From an uncultured delta proteobacterium (GTDB lineage Bacteria > Desulfobacterota > Binatia > Binatales > Binataceae): a stretch of 64,000 nucleotides of DNA. Numbering within the stretch: position 1 is the first letter of the stretch; each line of letters starts with the position of its first letter. Positions 37,238 through 47,969 of this stretch are shown here, piece after piece. The position numbers were made by a program, and so were the translations under genes. The stretch spans positions 1 through 64,000 of the forward strand of contig CAWJET010000002.1 of NCBI GenBank assembly GCA_963842085.1, given 5' to 3'. The notes under the pieces were generated by a model, which saw only the letters and a list, made by a program, of their open reading frames with translations, did no database searches and was not told where the DNA came from.

Positions 37238-39157
37238 ATGAGCGATGGAAGTTCGATCGACGCGACTCCGCGCGACCTGTGGTGGTTTCGCAAGAACGTG
37301 CCGTGCCTTGACGCGTGCCCGGTCAAGACCGACGCCGGCCGCTATGTTCAACTGATCGCCGAAGGACGGCTGGCGGAAGCATATCGCGTCGCGCGCTCGC
37401 CCAATCCGATCGCATCGATCTGCGGGCGCGCTTGCGGCGCTCCATGCGAGGATGCGTGCCGCCGCGGCAAGATCGATGCGCCGGTGACGATTCGCGCACT
37501 CAAGCGTTTCCTCACGGAGCAATTCGGCCCCGAAGCGCTCTCCGCCAGGGGAATCCGCGACATGATAGCCGGACCATCGGGCGGTGGCAGTGTCACTCCG
37601 GGTCATCTCGATATTCTTGGCACAGGGTCCGAGGCGGGGTCATCGAAGCGCAAAGTCGCAATCGTCGGCGCCGGGCCGGCCGGACTGGCATGCGCAAACG
37701 ATCTGGCTGTGATGGGCTACAGCGTGACGGTTTTCGAGGCGATGCCGCATCCGGGCGGAATGCTTCGATACGGAATTCCAGCCTACCGCTTGCCGCGCGA
37801 CGTGATCGACTGCCAGGTCGGCGAGATCGAAGCGCTCGGTGTCGAGTTTCGGTACTCAACGCCGCTTCGACCCGGTTTCGGAGTTCAGGAACTGAAAGAG
37901 CAGGGTTATGAGGCTATTTTTCTCGCCGTGGGCGCGTCGCGCGGCCGCGCAGTGCCGATCGAGGGGAGCGATGCCGACGGGGTGATCAAGGCCATCGACT
38001 ACTTGCTCAATATCCATCGCGGCTTCCGCGTCCCGCTGGGCGGCAAGGTTGTCGTGATCGGCGGCGGCCTGGTCGCGATCGATGCGGCCCGAACCGCGGT
38101 TCGCACCCTGCTGCCGGGTCTGGTCATGTCGGAAGAGGAGGAGCAGGGCGTCGAGGCCGGCACGATGCGCGTGGCGCTGGATGCGGCGCGTGAGGCGGCG
38201 CGGCGCGGCGCGCTGGAAGTCACGGTCGCGAGTCTCGAGTCCGAACCTGAGATGCCGGCGATGAAATCCGCGCAGGGCCGCGAGGAACTCGACATCGCGC
38301 GCGACGAGGGGGTCTCTTTTTTGCCCGGCTGGGGCCCGAAGCGAGTCGTCGTCCGCGACGGCCACGCGGTCGGAATCGAACTGGTAAAATGCGTCAAGGT
38401 ATTCGACGAAGCGGGCCGCTTTCGGCCGCAGTTCGACGAGAACGATCGCCGTGTCGTTGACGCCGACGGGGTGATCCTTGCCATCGGGCAAGCGCCCGAC
38501 CTTTCGTTCGTCAGGCCCGAAGACGGGATCACGATCACGCCGGCGGGAACGCTCAAGATCGATCCACTCACGCTCGAAACCGGCATTGCGGGCGTATTCG
38601 CGGGCGGCGACGCGGCCTTTCCGCCGTCGCTTCTGATCACATGCGCCCAGCATGGCAAGATCGCCGCGCGCGGCATCGACGCGTACCTCCGGGGCAAGCC
38701 GCTCGGCCAGCCGCGGATGCACGTCACCATCGAGGAGCTGCCGACTGACACGTACACGATGGTCGATCGCTACGAGCAGAAGCGCCGCGAGATCCCGCTG
38801 GTTCCACTGTCGCGCCGCACCGGAATCACGGAAGTCGAGTCCACGTTAACCCCGGGCGACGCGCGCGAGCAGGCCGAGCGATGCCTCTACTGCCATATCC
38901 ATCCGATCTACGACGGCGCGAAATGCATCCTGTGCAATCGATGCGTGGACATTTGCCCCGAGCATTGCCTGCATTTCACACTCACGGGTGAGATCGCCGA
39001 CCAGGAGCGGGTCGCCGGCGTGATGGCGGAAGCGGATACGCGCAGCGCGTTTCTCTACGACGAGGCTAAATGCATCCGCTGCGGCCTGTGCGCGATCAGG
39101 TGCCCGACCTCGGCGATCACGATGGAGCGTTTTCAGTTCGAAGAGACGGCGGGCTGA
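37238..39157 (+). CDS. GltD/NfnB/DsrL-like FAD-NAD(P)H oxidoreductase with C-terminal 2x[4Fe-4S] ferredoxin
   Basis: [68 protein letters not shown]. Confidence 0.9.
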   Translation: MSDGSSIDATPRDLWWFRKNVPCLDACPVKTDAGRYVQLIAEGRLAEAYRVARSPNPIASICGRACGAPCEDACRRGKIDAPVTIRALKRFLTEQFGPEALSARGIRDMIAGPSGGGSVTPGHLDILGTGSEAGSSKRKVAIVGAGPAGLACANDLAVMGYSVTVFEAMPHPGGMLRYGIPAYRLPRDVIDCQVGEIEALGVEFRYSTPLRPGFGVQELKEQGYEAIFLAVGASRGRAVPIEGSDADGVIKAIDYLLNIHRGFRVPLGGKVVVIGGGLVAIDAARTAVRTLLPGLVMSEEEEQGVEAGTMRVALDAAREAARRGALEVTVASLESEPEMPAMKSAQGREELDIARDEGVSFLPGWGPKRVVVRDGHAVGIELVKCVKVFDEAGRFRPQFDENDRRVVDADGVILAIGQAPDLSFVRPEDGITITPAGTLKIDPLTLETGIAGVFAGGDAAFPPSLLITCAQHGKIAARGIDAYLRGKPLGQPRMHVTIEELPTDTYTMVDRYEQKRREIPLVPLSRRTGITEVESTLTPGDAREQAERCLYCHIHPIYDGAKCILCNRCVDICPEHCLHFTLTGEIADQERVAGVMAEADTRSAFLYDEAKCIRCGLCAIRCPTSAITMERFQFEETAG

Positions 39158-39618
39158 TGGACGGCGAGCGGCGAAAGATACTGCGCTTCATCGGCAAGGG
39201 CTCGGTGTTGGCGGCTTTCCTTGCGCAAATAGGCGCGGCCGGGCGCGCGTTCTTTCCCAACGTGCTCTACGAGCCGCCGAGCCGTTTCAAGCTCAAGCGT
39301 CCCGAGGAATACCCCGACGGCTATACCCTCGACGAGGCGCACCGGCTGTACGTGATTCGTCAAAAGGATTCGTTCCACGTCATTTCCGCGATCTGCACGC
39401 ACCTGGGATGCACCGTGCAGTGGCGCGACGCCGAGTTCGATTGCCCGTGCCACGGCAGCCGCTTTCGTCCCGACGGCACGGTGATTTCAGGACCTGCGCC
39501 GCGTCCGCTCGATTGGTTCGCAACGACAGTTTCGCCCGACGGATTCCTCGAAGTCGACAGCGCAACCGACGTTGCGCGCAACTTCAGACTGATCATCGGC
39601 GGCAAAGGCAAGGCATGA
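39157..39618 (+). CDS. Rieske iron-sulfur subunit
   Basis: Tat-like [25 protein letters not shown]. Confidence 0.95.
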   Translation: MDGERRKILRFIGKGSVLAAFLAQIGAAGRAFFPNVLYEPPSRFKLKRPEEYPDGYTLDEAHRLYVIRQKDSFHVISAICTHLGCTVQWRDAEFDCPCHGSRFRPDGTVISGPAPRPLDWFATTVSPDGFLEVDSATDVARNFRLIIGGKGKA

Positions 39619-39621
39619 GCG

Positions 39622-40923
39622 GTGGGCGATAAGATCAGCGCGCTGTGGCGCAAGATTTCGTGGGCATGGTCGCCCGAGAGCGAGCGCGAGTCGTCGGAAG
39701 CGATCGTCAAGAACTTCTGGCTCCATTGGTTCCCCGCCAAAGTCGCGCGCGCGAGCATGGACTGGAACTACTCGTTTTGGCTCGGCACGGCGTCGGCGTC
39801 GCTGCTGCTGATCCTGACCGTCACGGGCGTGATGCTGATGTTCTTCTACGTGCCGTCGACCGAGCGCGCCTACGGGAGCATCAAGGATCTGGAGTACGCC
39901 GTCAGCTTCGGCCGGCTGCTCAGAAATCAGCATCGATGGGCGGCGGAAGGGATGGTCGCCGTCGTGTACATCCACATGGCGCGAGTGTTCTTCAGCGGCG
40001 CGTACCGCGGCGACCGGGCAGTCAACTGGGTGGTCGGGGTAATTCTTTTCCTGGCGACTTTGCTGCTGTCCTTCACCGGTTACCTGCTGCCGTGGGACCA
40101 GCTGGCGTTCTGGGCAATCACGGTGGGGACCAGTATCGCGAAGCAGGCGCCGGTAGTCGGGCCGACGATCCAATTTCTTCTGCTCGGCGGTCATGAAATT
40201 GGACAGCAGACGTTGCTGCGCTTTTACGTGCTGCACGTTTTCTTCCTGCCGGTCTTCGTGATGGCGCTGTTCGCTTATCACATGTGGCGCATTCGCAAGG
40301 ACGGCGGGCTGGCGGCGATCGAGCGCGTCCGCCTCGAGCGCACGATGACGCCGAAGGCGACGCCGAAGACCAAGAGCTACTCGCTGTTTGGAATCACGCC
40401 GGGCACCTCCGTGCAGGTGATGAGCTCGACCGGACTCGAAGAGTCCGACCAGGTTTTCTCCTCGCCGAATATGTCGCGGCGAATCGTGCTGGTCTTCCTG
40501 GTCGTGTTCAACATCACGCTGCTGGCCGCGCTGCTGTTCAACGCACCGCTGGAGGGTCTCGCCAATCCGTCGGTGACGCCCAATCCGGCGAAAGCGCCGT
40601 GGTATTTCGTCTGGCTGCAGGAACTGGTCGCGTCGACGACGGTCCGGTTCGGCGGCTTCACCGTCAGCGGCGCGTTGCTGGGCGGAATACTGCTGCCGGG
40701 ATTTCTGCTCGGCGTGCTGACGCTGTGGCCGTGGCTGGATCGTTCACCGTCGCGGACCGAGGGGCAATGGCTCGCGCCTGAGCGCAAGCGTCAGAACGCG
40801 ACCTTCGCCATCGCGACACTCGTGATCATCCTGCTGATCCTGGTCGGGGTTTACCTGCGCGGTCCCTACTGGCGGATCTACTGGCCCGGCCAGCCGCGGC
40901 CCGAGACACCGCGGCTCTACTGA
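39622..40923 (+). CDS. Cytochrome b (b6 plus subunit IV-like fusion)
   Basis: RNQHRW...IHMARV, TGYLLPWDQ, LH-x14-H, PNPAKAPWYF. Confidence 0.93.
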   Translation: MGDKISALWRKISWAWSPESERESSEAIVKNFWLHWFPAKVARASMDWNYSFWLGTASASLLLILTVTGVMLMFFYVPSTERAYGSIKDLEYAVSFGRLLRNQHRWAAEGMVAVVYIHMARVFFSGAYRGDRAVNWVVGVILFLATLLLSFTGYLLPWDQLAFWAITVGTSIAKQAPVVGPTIQFLLLGGHEIGQQTLLRFYVLHVFFLPVFVMALFAYHMWRIRKDGGLAAIERVRLERTMTPKATPKTKSYSLFGITPGTSVQVMSSTGLEESDQVFSSPNMSRRIVLVFLVVFNITLLAALLFNAPLEGLANPSVTPNPAKAPWYFVWLQELVASTTVRFGGFTVSGALLGGILLPGFLLGVLTLWPWLDRSPSRTEGQWLAPERKRQNATFAIATLVIILLILVGVYLRGPYWRIYWPGQPRPETPRLY

Positions 40924-40924
40924 C

Positions 40925-41869
40925 ATGGCCGACAAGAACGAATCGTTCGAGACGAAGGACTTCGGCTGGATGGTCGCGATGTCGGTCCTGTTCCTGGTGC
41001 TGGTCGTGGTCTGCTTCTGGCGCGAGTTCAGCACCGAATGGGGAACGTATCAGGCGGAGTTTCCGCAACTGCTCGGCCACTACGGCAAAGTCGAAGACGC
41101 GCGCGACTTCCGCACGGGTATCAAACAGATCTGGATACCCAAGATCGGCGTGACCGACCGCTGCATCACGTGCCATCTTGGCTACGAATGGACTTCGGTT
41201 CTGCCCGCCACGATTGCCGAGCCGCTGACACCGCATCCGATGAACGATTGGCTCGTCAAGCATGAGTTCGCACGGTTCGGATGCACGCCGTGCCACGGTG
41301 GCGACGGATCGGCGACGACCGTCGCAGGGGCTCATTTGGGCGGCAGGGGATGGGAGGATCCGATGCTCTCGCCCGCCCTGGCGGGACGATACGGGCTCAC
41401 GATTAACGAGATGATCCAGATGCGATGCAATTTTTGCCATCGCCACGATGTAGCGACGCCCGGCATGGACGAGATCAATCTCGCCAAGCAGTTGTTCAAG
41501 AAGAAAAAGTGCCTGCTCTGCCACGTCGTCGAAGGGCGCGGCGGCGTCACCGGACCCGAGCTGACCTATGAGGGCGATCGCAATCCCGAACTGCTGATTT
41601 TCACGCACGTGACCGGCGAACACACGATGTTTAACTGGAACGTGCAGCATCTGACGAAGGCGAGCGCGGTTTCGCCGAACACGGCGATGCCCGATTTCAA
41701 CTTCAAGCCCGAGGAAGCGCGAGCGCTGACCCTCCTCGTGATGAGTTGGCGGCATCTTGCGTATCCACCCGAATACATTCCGGATCCCGAAGCGGCCGCG
41801 GCGGCGATGCAGCCCTCGCCAACGCCGGCGGCGACTCCATCTCCAGCCGCGACGCCCGTTGCGCGCTGA
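40925..41869 (+). CDS. Membrane-anchored tetraheme cytochrome c
   Basis: N-terminal TM helix; CITCH, CTPCH, CNFCH, CLLCH. Confidence 0.9.
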   Translation: MADKNESFETKDFGWMVAMSVLFLVLVVVCFWREFSTEWGTYQAEFPQLLGHYGKVEDARDFRTGIKQIWIPKIGVTDRCITCHLGYEWTSVLPATIAEPLTPHPMNDWLVKHEFARFGCTPCHGGDGSATTVAGAHLGGRGWEDPMLSPALAGRYGLTINEMIQMRCNFCHRHDVATPGMDEINLAKQLFKKKKCLLCHVVEGRGGVTGPELTYEGDRNPELLIFTHVTGEHTMFNWNVQHLTKASAVSPNTAMPDFNFKPEEARALTLLVMSWRHLAYPPEYIPDPEAAAAAMQPSPTPAATPSPAATPVAR

Positions 41870-41881
41870 GCACGGTTACAC

Positions 41882-42295
41882 TCAAGTTCCGAGCACGGTC
41901 GTGCCCAATGCTTTCGCGGCCTTGATCAGATCCTCGTCCAGGGTGGCGAGTGGCAGTTTCCTGCGCTGCGCAAGTTCCAGATAGGCAGCGTCGTACACGC
42001 TGAGCCGGTGGCGTTCAGCCAGCCGGGCCGTAGCCGTCCATGCCTGGTCCGCGGTCTCTGCATCTAAGGTGACGGGCAGGGCGCGCAAAAGACCCGCAAG
42101 ACGCTGTCGCCGCCTGGCGTCAACACGCCTTCTGCGCTCGGCCATCAGAAGCCCGTTCAAGGCCTCAAGTGGCCAGAGTGACGGAGCAAAGGCGCCGGTT
42201 TCAGCGACGCGATCCAGCAGATCCATTAGCGGCTGGGTGTGCTGATCTTCGAAGCACCACGCGAGCGCTACGGAATTATCGATGACGAAGCTCAC
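41882..42295 (-). CDS. vapC: VapC PIN-domain toxin
   Basis: FVIDNSVAL.W, LSVYDAAYLELA, LATLD. Confidence 0.92.
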   Translation of the reverse strand: MSFVIDNSVALAWCFEDQHTQPLMDLLDRVAETGAFAPSLWPLEALNGLLMAERRRRVDARRRQRLAGLLRALPVTLDAETADQAWTATARLAERHRLSVYDAAYLELAQRRKLPLATLDEDLIKAAKALGTTVLGT

Positions 42296-42534
42296 GGGCG
42301 CCCTTCATTGATCAGGTCCTTGATTTTGAGGCCACGGAGCCTGATCCCCTTGCTGGCGTCGCGCAGACCGGCGGCGGCGCGTTTTGCCTTGTTGCGGTCG
42401 AATCCCGGCTGCGCGGGCACGAGCTTGGCAACGGCTTTCCCGCGGCGGGTTATTACTACTTCCGCGCCGTGCTCGACCTGGTCGAGGAGCGCGCTCAACT
42501 TGTTCTTTGCCTCGAACGATCCGACTTCTCGCAT
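42292..42534 (-). CDS. Phd/YefM antitoxin
   Basis: EAKNKLSALLDQVEHGAEVVITRRGKAVAKLVP; overlaps vapC. Confidence 0.92.
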   Translation of the reverse strand: MREVGSFEAKNKLSALLDQVEHGAEVVITRRGKAVAKLVPAQPGFDRNKAKRAAAGLRDASKGIRLRGLKIKDLINEGRP

Positions 42535-42772
42535 AGTATTTCCAGCTAGCTTACAATCTAGCTTAATCTGTCAGCAGAATGAAACGCGCGAACTATTAAG
42601 CCGGAAGCGTTCTTTTGCGCGGGCCGTCGCGCCGGCCTTTGCCCACGCCACGTTGACCGGCCAATCGCCGGGTGTTAGCCGAAATAGAGAGGCTGCGTGT
42701 ATCGGACGGCACTGTGATGCGCGGCTTCGCATTTCAGCAAACCTTCGTTGGCGCCAATGCCGGAGGTGCTTC

Positions 42773-44182
42773 ATGAACCGCGCGCTTTCATTAGCAATCG
42801 CCATGATAACGATTCTGTACGGCGTCACAGGCGCGAGCGCCGCCGCGGTCAAGCCTGGCGACGTTATCACCAAGGAGAACGCCGGCGAGGTCGCCGGACT
42901 GCTCAGTCCGGGCAACTACGTGCTGGCGCGCCAGGGCATGGAGATGAAGATCGTTCCGACCAGGGACTATGACTGGCCGCCGCCCTACAAGAGCTCGACC
43001 GAACAATACTCGCCGCAGGTTCGGCTCGGTCCGAACGGCGAGTTGCAAAACTACCGGGGAGGATTGCCGTTCCTCGTGCTTGATCCCAACGACCCGAAAG
43101 TCGCGCAGAAAATCATGTGGAACTTCGAGTTTGGGCCGTCGTACACCGACGATCTCGATTCGCAAGACGACGAAATAGCCTCCTATGCGCCCGGGCGGTC
43201 GGAGCCGTGGTCCGTCTATCCTGTCGGGCACCTGGCGGTCTATCGCAACGTCGGGCGCGAGGAAGTCGCCCCCATTACCACCGACGACGAGGGCTCGGGA
43301 ATCATGCAGCGGGTAGCGCTGGGCGCCATTATCGTCCCGATCGAGCCGCCGTTCTGGCAGCACCCGTGGGATTTTATGGTGCGTTACCGCTACTCGGACC
43401 CGCAGCGAGCGGATCTCGTTTGGTCGGGACTATCCAACTGGGGATGGTGGAACGAGGACCATCGGGGCATGGGGCCGACGAGTTATCTGGTCGGGACCTC
43501 GTTCTTCGGTAACCTCGACATGGATTCGTTGTTCGGCTTTTCGGGTCGGTTTACAGACTTTGATTTCAAATATCTTGGCGAGAAAGAGATGCTGGCGGTG
43601 GTGCACGCAAAGAGTCTTCCAGCCAGATCATGCGCGGCCGATGGCGGCCGTACCATATGTCCCGAGGACTGGGAGTTGCGCCATGTTTACGTGATCGAGG
43701 CGGATGCGCGCAGGTCCGGCAGATTTGGCGATATTCCTCCGATCGCAAAGCGGATTCTGTACATCGATTCTCAGGGATGGTTTATCACAGCTTCGGATCA
43801 ATACGACCACGGCGGAAATCTATGGAAGACGCTGGCGGTCTTCAACACGGTGCGTGACCGCGAGTATCCGGATTCGAGAGCCGCGGTCTATTCCTTCAAC
43901 CGCGTGTTCCAGACCGCGATGGTCGATGAGGACGTGCAGAGCGGGTATTCGACGATTCTCTTCACCCCCAGCCCGGACCGGCCCCGACACGACACATGGT
44001 TCATCAACCAGGGCGTGATTTCGCCGCACTGGATAATCCCGAATCGGTTTACGACCTACCGGTCATATTTCTATTTAGGGGAGCGTCATCGCCGAGCGAT
44101 GTGCAGGAGGACGCAGTATGCGCGCGGGTGGCCGATGCTTGAGTCGACGCCTATCGCGCGTCGAGTATTTCGACTTAAATAG
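42773..44182 (+). CDS. DUF1329-family exported protein
   Basis: Signal peptide, KPGDVITKEN, GLPF..LDPNDP....KIMWN, WELR..YVIEA, KRILYID, YD..G.LWK. Confidence 0.75.
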   Translation: MNRALSLAIAMITILYGVTGASAAAVKPGDVITKENAGEVAGLLSPGNYVLARQGMEMKIVPTRDYDWPPPYKSSTEQYSPQVRLGPNGELQNYRGGLPFLVLDPNDPKVAQKIMWNFEFGPSYTDDLDSQDDEIASYAPGRSEPWSVYPVGHLAVYRNVGREEVAPITTDDEGSGIMQRVALGAIIVPIEPPFWQHPWDFMVRYRYSDPQRADLVWSGLSNWGWWNEDHRGMGPTSYLVGTSFFGNLDMDSLFGFSGRFTDFDFKYLGEKEMLAVVHAKSLPARSCAADGGRTICPEDWELRHVYVIEADARRSGRFGDIPPIAKRILYIDSQGWFITASDQYDHGGNLWKTLAVFNTVRDREYPDSRAAVYSFNRVFQTAMVDEDVQSGYSTILFTPSPDRPRHDTWFINQGVISPHWIIPNRFTTYRSYFYLGERHRRAMCRRTQYARGWPMLESTPIARRVFRLK

Positions 44183-44189
44183 CAAATCG

Positions 44190-44615
44190 ATGAAGCCAAA
44201 ACCTTTTGCGTCTATCGTTGCGTTGGGCATCGCACTCGTGTTCTCACAGCCTGCTCTGTCCGCCGGCAACGACGTGGCCGACGGGCATCATTATTTCATG
44301 CGCTTCTGCGCGTCGTGCCATGGCATCGACGGTCTCGGAGACGGTCCGGTGGCCAAGAGCCTGGTTACGCCGCCGGCAAATCTGCGCAAGCTCGGCGATA
44401 AATACGGCATGCCACTGCCGGCCCATCGCATAGCCGAGCTGATAGACGGCCGTGATACCCCCAGAGCCCATGGAACTCACGAGATGCCCGTATGGGGGGA
44501 GAAGCTTTACGAGGTCGGCGAAGGCGAAAGGGGCGAGTACGGGATCGGCGAGCTGATCGGCAAGATAATCGCCTACCTCGACACGATCCAGGATCGGCGG
44601 ACCGCGATGCGATAA
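44190..44615 (+). CDS. Monoheme cytochrome c
   Basis: CASCHG.DG.GDGP, AHGTHEMPVWG. Confidence 0.9.
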   Translation: MKPKPFASIVALGIALVFSQPALSAGNDVADGHHYFMRFCASCHGIDGLGDGPVAKSLVTPPANLRKLGDKYGMPLPAHRIAELIDGRDTPRAHGTHEMPVWGEKLYEVGEGERGEYGIGELIGKIIAYLDTIQDRRTAMR

Positions 44616-44621
44616 TCCGAT

Positions 44622-44763
44622 CATGATCATGCTCGGATGGACGACGGGCAGGCAGTACTCCCGACGCGAGCTTTCGGACATGCTGCGAGAGGCGGGCTTC
44701 AAAGATATCAGGGTCAAACCGACGTTCGGCTATATGAGCACGTCACCGGCGTGAAACCATAGC
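44622..44763 (+). pseudogene. C-terminal remnant resembling an O-methyltransferase
   Basis: MLGWTTGRQYSRRELSDMLREAGFKDIRVKPTFGY...; no N-terminal part present. Confidence 0.45.
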
Positions 44764-44793
44764 CCGCAGGGGGCGCCCTGCGCACGCGCGGTC

Positions 44794-46476
44794 TCACGAG
44801 AGCGCCTGAGTTGCGATGCTCGCGGAAACCGCATGCGCCAGGCGCTCGAGTGCGTCCTCGATTTCGGCGATGACGCGTTCGCGCTGCTGGCTGGTGTCGA
44901 TGCGCAGGTGGCTTTGCGGCGAGATTTTGCCAATCGGCTCGAACTCGGCGCGCTGCCTGCGGTACACCTCCGGCGTGGCGTCCGACACTTCATTTTCCAT
45001 CGATGCGCGCCGCTCGAGCCGGCGTATCGCTTCGTCTTCGCTGACCACGCATTCGACAAAGAGCACCGGCACCTTGCACCGCGCAGCCAGCGCCAGTGCG
45101 AGCTGCCGGTCGGCAGAGGCTTTGAACGTAGCGTCGAGAATCGCTCCGCGCCCTTCGCTGAGCAGGCTCTCCGCCTCGGCCAGCATCGTGTCATAGGCGA
45201 GCTTCGTAAACCGGTCCGAATATATGTTCACCCCGTAATCGGTGCGGACGTGCTGATGCGGCGAGATCGACGCCAGCCGCTTGCGGACGCGGTCGGAGTT
45301 GATTGCCTTGAAGCCTTTGCGATGCTGCAGCACGCGGGCGACGGTCGATTTGCCCGTACCCGAAAGCCCGCATACTATTATCAGCGCGGGCGACGCACCG
45401 CGGGCATAGCGCGACGCCAGCGCGAAATAGCTGCTCGCCAGCTGGCTGGCACCCTTGCGCTCGGCATCGCCAACCTCGCGCTCCAGGCTGCGCAGGCTCT
45501 CGACCTTGCCGCGCACGCACGCCCGGTAGCATTTGTAGAACGGGACGAACACCGCAAGCTCCTCGTCGCCGGCGAACTCGGCGTAAGCCTCGACCAACTC
45601 ATCGGCGAGCCCGGGCGCGCCGAGTCGATCGAGGTCCATCGCCAGGAATGCGACCTCGGAAGCAACGTCGCCATAGCGCAAGCGCTCGCTGAACTCGACG
45701 CAATCGATCACGTCAATCTCGTTGCCCAACAGGCAGATGTGCTCGGCGCGCAAGTCGCCGTGCCCTTCGCGGACGCGGCCCTCGAGCGCGCGGTCATTCA
45801 AGGGCCGCCAGTGAGCGGTGAGAAAGGCGCGGCAGAAAGCTTCGATCGAATTGAACTGGTCTTGGCCAAGCGTGTGACCGACGAAAGCCTCGTTCTGCGC
45901 GATCTCGTCCGTCACGCTGCGCCAGATCGCGGCGGCCGAACCGTAGACCCATCCATGATTTGAGTGGGCGCTGGCGTGAAACTCCGCGATGCGCGCCGCA
46001 ATCGCGCGAATCGCGGCGTTGTCTATCTGGCCCGCGGCCAGCAGCCGGTCGAGCATCCGGTCTTCGGGCAGCCGGCGCATCTTGACCGCGTACTCGACGG
46101 CTTCGGGATGCCGCGCATGCACCTCGGGTCCGAGCGCGAAGGAGTCTCCGCGCCCAAGAATCGCGCACACGCCGAGGTACACCCGCGGGGAAAGGCGCGC
46201 GTTGAGCCGCACCTCCTCGCAGCAGTAGTGGAACCGATCCGCAAGCCTGGAACAGTCCAGGAATGCGAAATGGGCCGGCTTCTTTACCTTGTAAACGAAG
46301 TCGCCGGCGAGGAACACGTAGGAAATATGCGTCTGCTTCAACTCGACGCGCGCGGGCGAATCCGGGTAGAACCCCGTCCGCATCATTGCCTCGACCAGCG
46401 GCGGCACATAGCCGGCCGAACGACCAGCGGGCATCGACATTCCGCGTGCGTCAGTGATTTCTACTGCGGGGTCCAC
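44794..46476 (-). CDS. Bifunctional aminoglycoside-phosphotransferase-like / AAA_33 kinase
   Basis: THISYVFLAG, KVKKP, HGDLRAEHI, DCVEF, GLSGTGKST, SDA. Confidence 0.9.
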   Translation of the reverse strand: MDPAVEITDARGMSMPAGRSAGYVPPLVEAMMRTGFYPDSPARVELKQTHISYVFLAGDFVYKVKKPAHFAFLDCSRLADRFHYCCEEVRLNARLSPRVYLGVCAILGRGDSFALGPEVHARHPEAVEYAVKMRRLPEDRMLDRLLAAGQIDNAAIRAIAARIAEFHASAHSNHGWVYGSAAAIWRSVTDEIAQNEAFVGHTLGQDQFNSIEAFCRAFLTAHWRPLNDRALEGRVREGHGDLRAEHICLLGNEIDVIDCVEFSERLRYGDVASEVAFLAMDLDRLGAPGLADELVEAYAEFAGDEELAVFVPFYKCYRACVRGKVESLRSLEREVGDAERKGASQLASSYFALASRYARGASPALIIVCGLSGTGKSTVARVLQHRKGFKAINSDRVRKRLASISPHQHVRTDYGVNIYSDRFTKLAYDTMLAEAESLLSEGRGAILDATFKASADRQLALALAARCKVPVLFVECVVSEDEAIRRLERRASMENEVSDATPEVYRRQRAEFEPIGKISPQSHLRIDTSQQRERVIAEIEDALERLAHAVSASIATQALS

Positions 46477-46489
46477 GCGCCACTCCTGC

Positions 46490-47323
46490 TCACTGGCCGT
46501 GCTCAGCCCCGTGCGTCAGCGCCTCGAGCACGTCGCAGGTGGTTATCACGCCGGCCAGCTTGCCATCCTCGATCACCGGCAGCGCTCCGATCTTGCGCTC
46601 GCGCAGCAAGCGCGCAGCCTCCCGAATATCGGTCGCCGGGGTCACGGTTATCAGCGCTTCGCTCATCGCCTTGAACGCCTCGGTTTGATCGAGGTAACCG
46701 GTGCGCTGGCGGATGTCGCGGTCGGTCACAATTCCGACCGGGGCGCCCTCACACACGATCGGCACGCTTCGAAAGCCGCCTGCGTGCATCTTTGCCGCGA
46801 TGGAGGAGAGCTTTTCCTGCGGAGTCGCGGTAACGGGATTCTTCGTCATCCAGGTGCCGACCAGATCGCTTTGAACCGGGGTGCATCGCACGGTCAGGAC
46901 CGGGCAGGTCGATTCGCGCAGTACGAGTTCGGCTATGCTGCCAAGGAAAAAGCGCTTGAAGCCGCGCCGTCCGTGCGTGGCCATTACCACCACGTCGGCG
47001 TTGGTCCTCTTTTCGGCGTTCAAGATGGTACCGGCGGGCTCGCCCGTATGGATCAGGAGTTCGTACTTGATCCCGGCGAGCCGCTTGTGCGCAATCTCGA
47101 GCAGCTTGGTGCGAGCAGTCTCTTCCTGGCCCTTGTAGAGGTCCACATAAACCGGCATTCCGGTTGGCGCGAGGATCATCGGAACCACGTGCAGGACGAA
47201 TACGATTCCATCGCTCTCGCGAGCGAGATTCGCCGCGGTATCGAGCGCTTGCATCGAGTTGTCGTCGAAATCGACCGGGCAAAGAATTCTGCTGAATTGC
47301 CGTGCCATAAAATTTTCCTCCAT
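46490..47323 (-). CDS. Universal stress protein plus CBS-pair fusion
   Basis: ILCPVDF, MATHGRRG....LGSIAE.V.R...CPVL, two CBS repeats. Confidence 0.92.
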   Translation of the reverse strand: MEENFMARQFSRILCPVDFDDNSMQALDTAANLARESDGIVFVLHVVPMILAPTGMPVYVDLYKGQEETARTKLLEIAHKRLAGIKYELLIHTGEPAGTILNAEKRTNADVVVMATHGRRGFKRFFLGSIAELVLRESTCPVLTVRCTPVQSDLVGTWMTKNPVTATPQEKLSSIAAKMHAGGFRSVPIVCEGAPVGIVTDRDIRQRTGYLDQTEAFKAMSEALITVTPATDIREAARLLRERKIGALPVIEDGKLAGVITTCDVLEALTHGAEHGQ

Positions 47324-47346
47324 ACGCAGTAGCGCTCATTTGTATT

Positions 47347-47362
47347 AGCCAATGCTGTGCCA
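47347..47362 (-). promoter_or_regulatory. Sigma54 promoter for the USP-CBS operon
   Basis: Minus strand TGGCACAGCATTGGCT (GG-N10-GC). Confidence 0.6.
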
Positions 47363-47490
47363 TCGTCGTGGCCTCGATTTCTCGCGGATATAAAGGCTCG
47401 CTGGATACGATGTCCTACGACTCTGTATCCGATCGCACCACTTACAAATTGTAGATGGAGCTAAATCGGCCTATTGACGCGTAATCTTGG

Positions 47491-47506
47491 TGGCAAGCGA
47501 ATTGCT
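47491..47506 (+). promoter_or_regulatory. Sigma54 promoter for the CBS operon
   Basis: TGGCAAGCGAATTGCT (GG-N10-GC). Confidence 0.7.
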
Positions 47507-47540
47507 CCTAATTCAAGTGAATGACCTGGAGGAACAAACC

Positions 47541-47933
47541 ATGCAGATTGTCAACTTGATGACTTCGGATCCGGTGACGATCGGTCCGCAAGATACGCTG
47601 GCGAAGGCCAAGACGATCATGGACGCCGGTCGCTTCAGGCGCGTGCCGGTAATGGATGACGGGCGGCTGGTCGGCATCGTGACTGAACGCGACCTGCGCG
47701 AATACACCGGTTACCTGGAATCAACGCGGGTCAACGCGGCGATGCGCACCGCGCTGGTCACGGTCACGCCATACAACACAGTGGAAGACGCGGCGCGCCT
47801 GATGCTGAAGCACAAGATCGGCGGACTGCCGATTGTCGCCAACGGCACCCTGGTCGGCATCGTCACCACGAGCGATCTGCTCAGGGCATTTTTGCTCGTC
47901 GTGGCCGGAACCCGCCAGATCATGAACCCCTAA
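47541..47933 (+). CDS. CBS domain protein
   Basis: GGAGG SD; LVGIVTERD, KIGGLPIV, GIVTTSDLL. Confidence 0.92.
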   Translation: MQIVNLMTSDPVTIGPQDTLAKAKTIMDAGRFRRVPVMDDGRLVGIVTERDLREYTGYLESTRVNAAMRTALVTVTPYNTVEDAARLMLKHKIGGLPIVANGTLVGIVTTSDLLRAFLLVVAGTRQIMNP

Positions 47934-47969
47934 CTGCATGCAAGCGGAAGAAAAAGGAAAGGGAATCCA

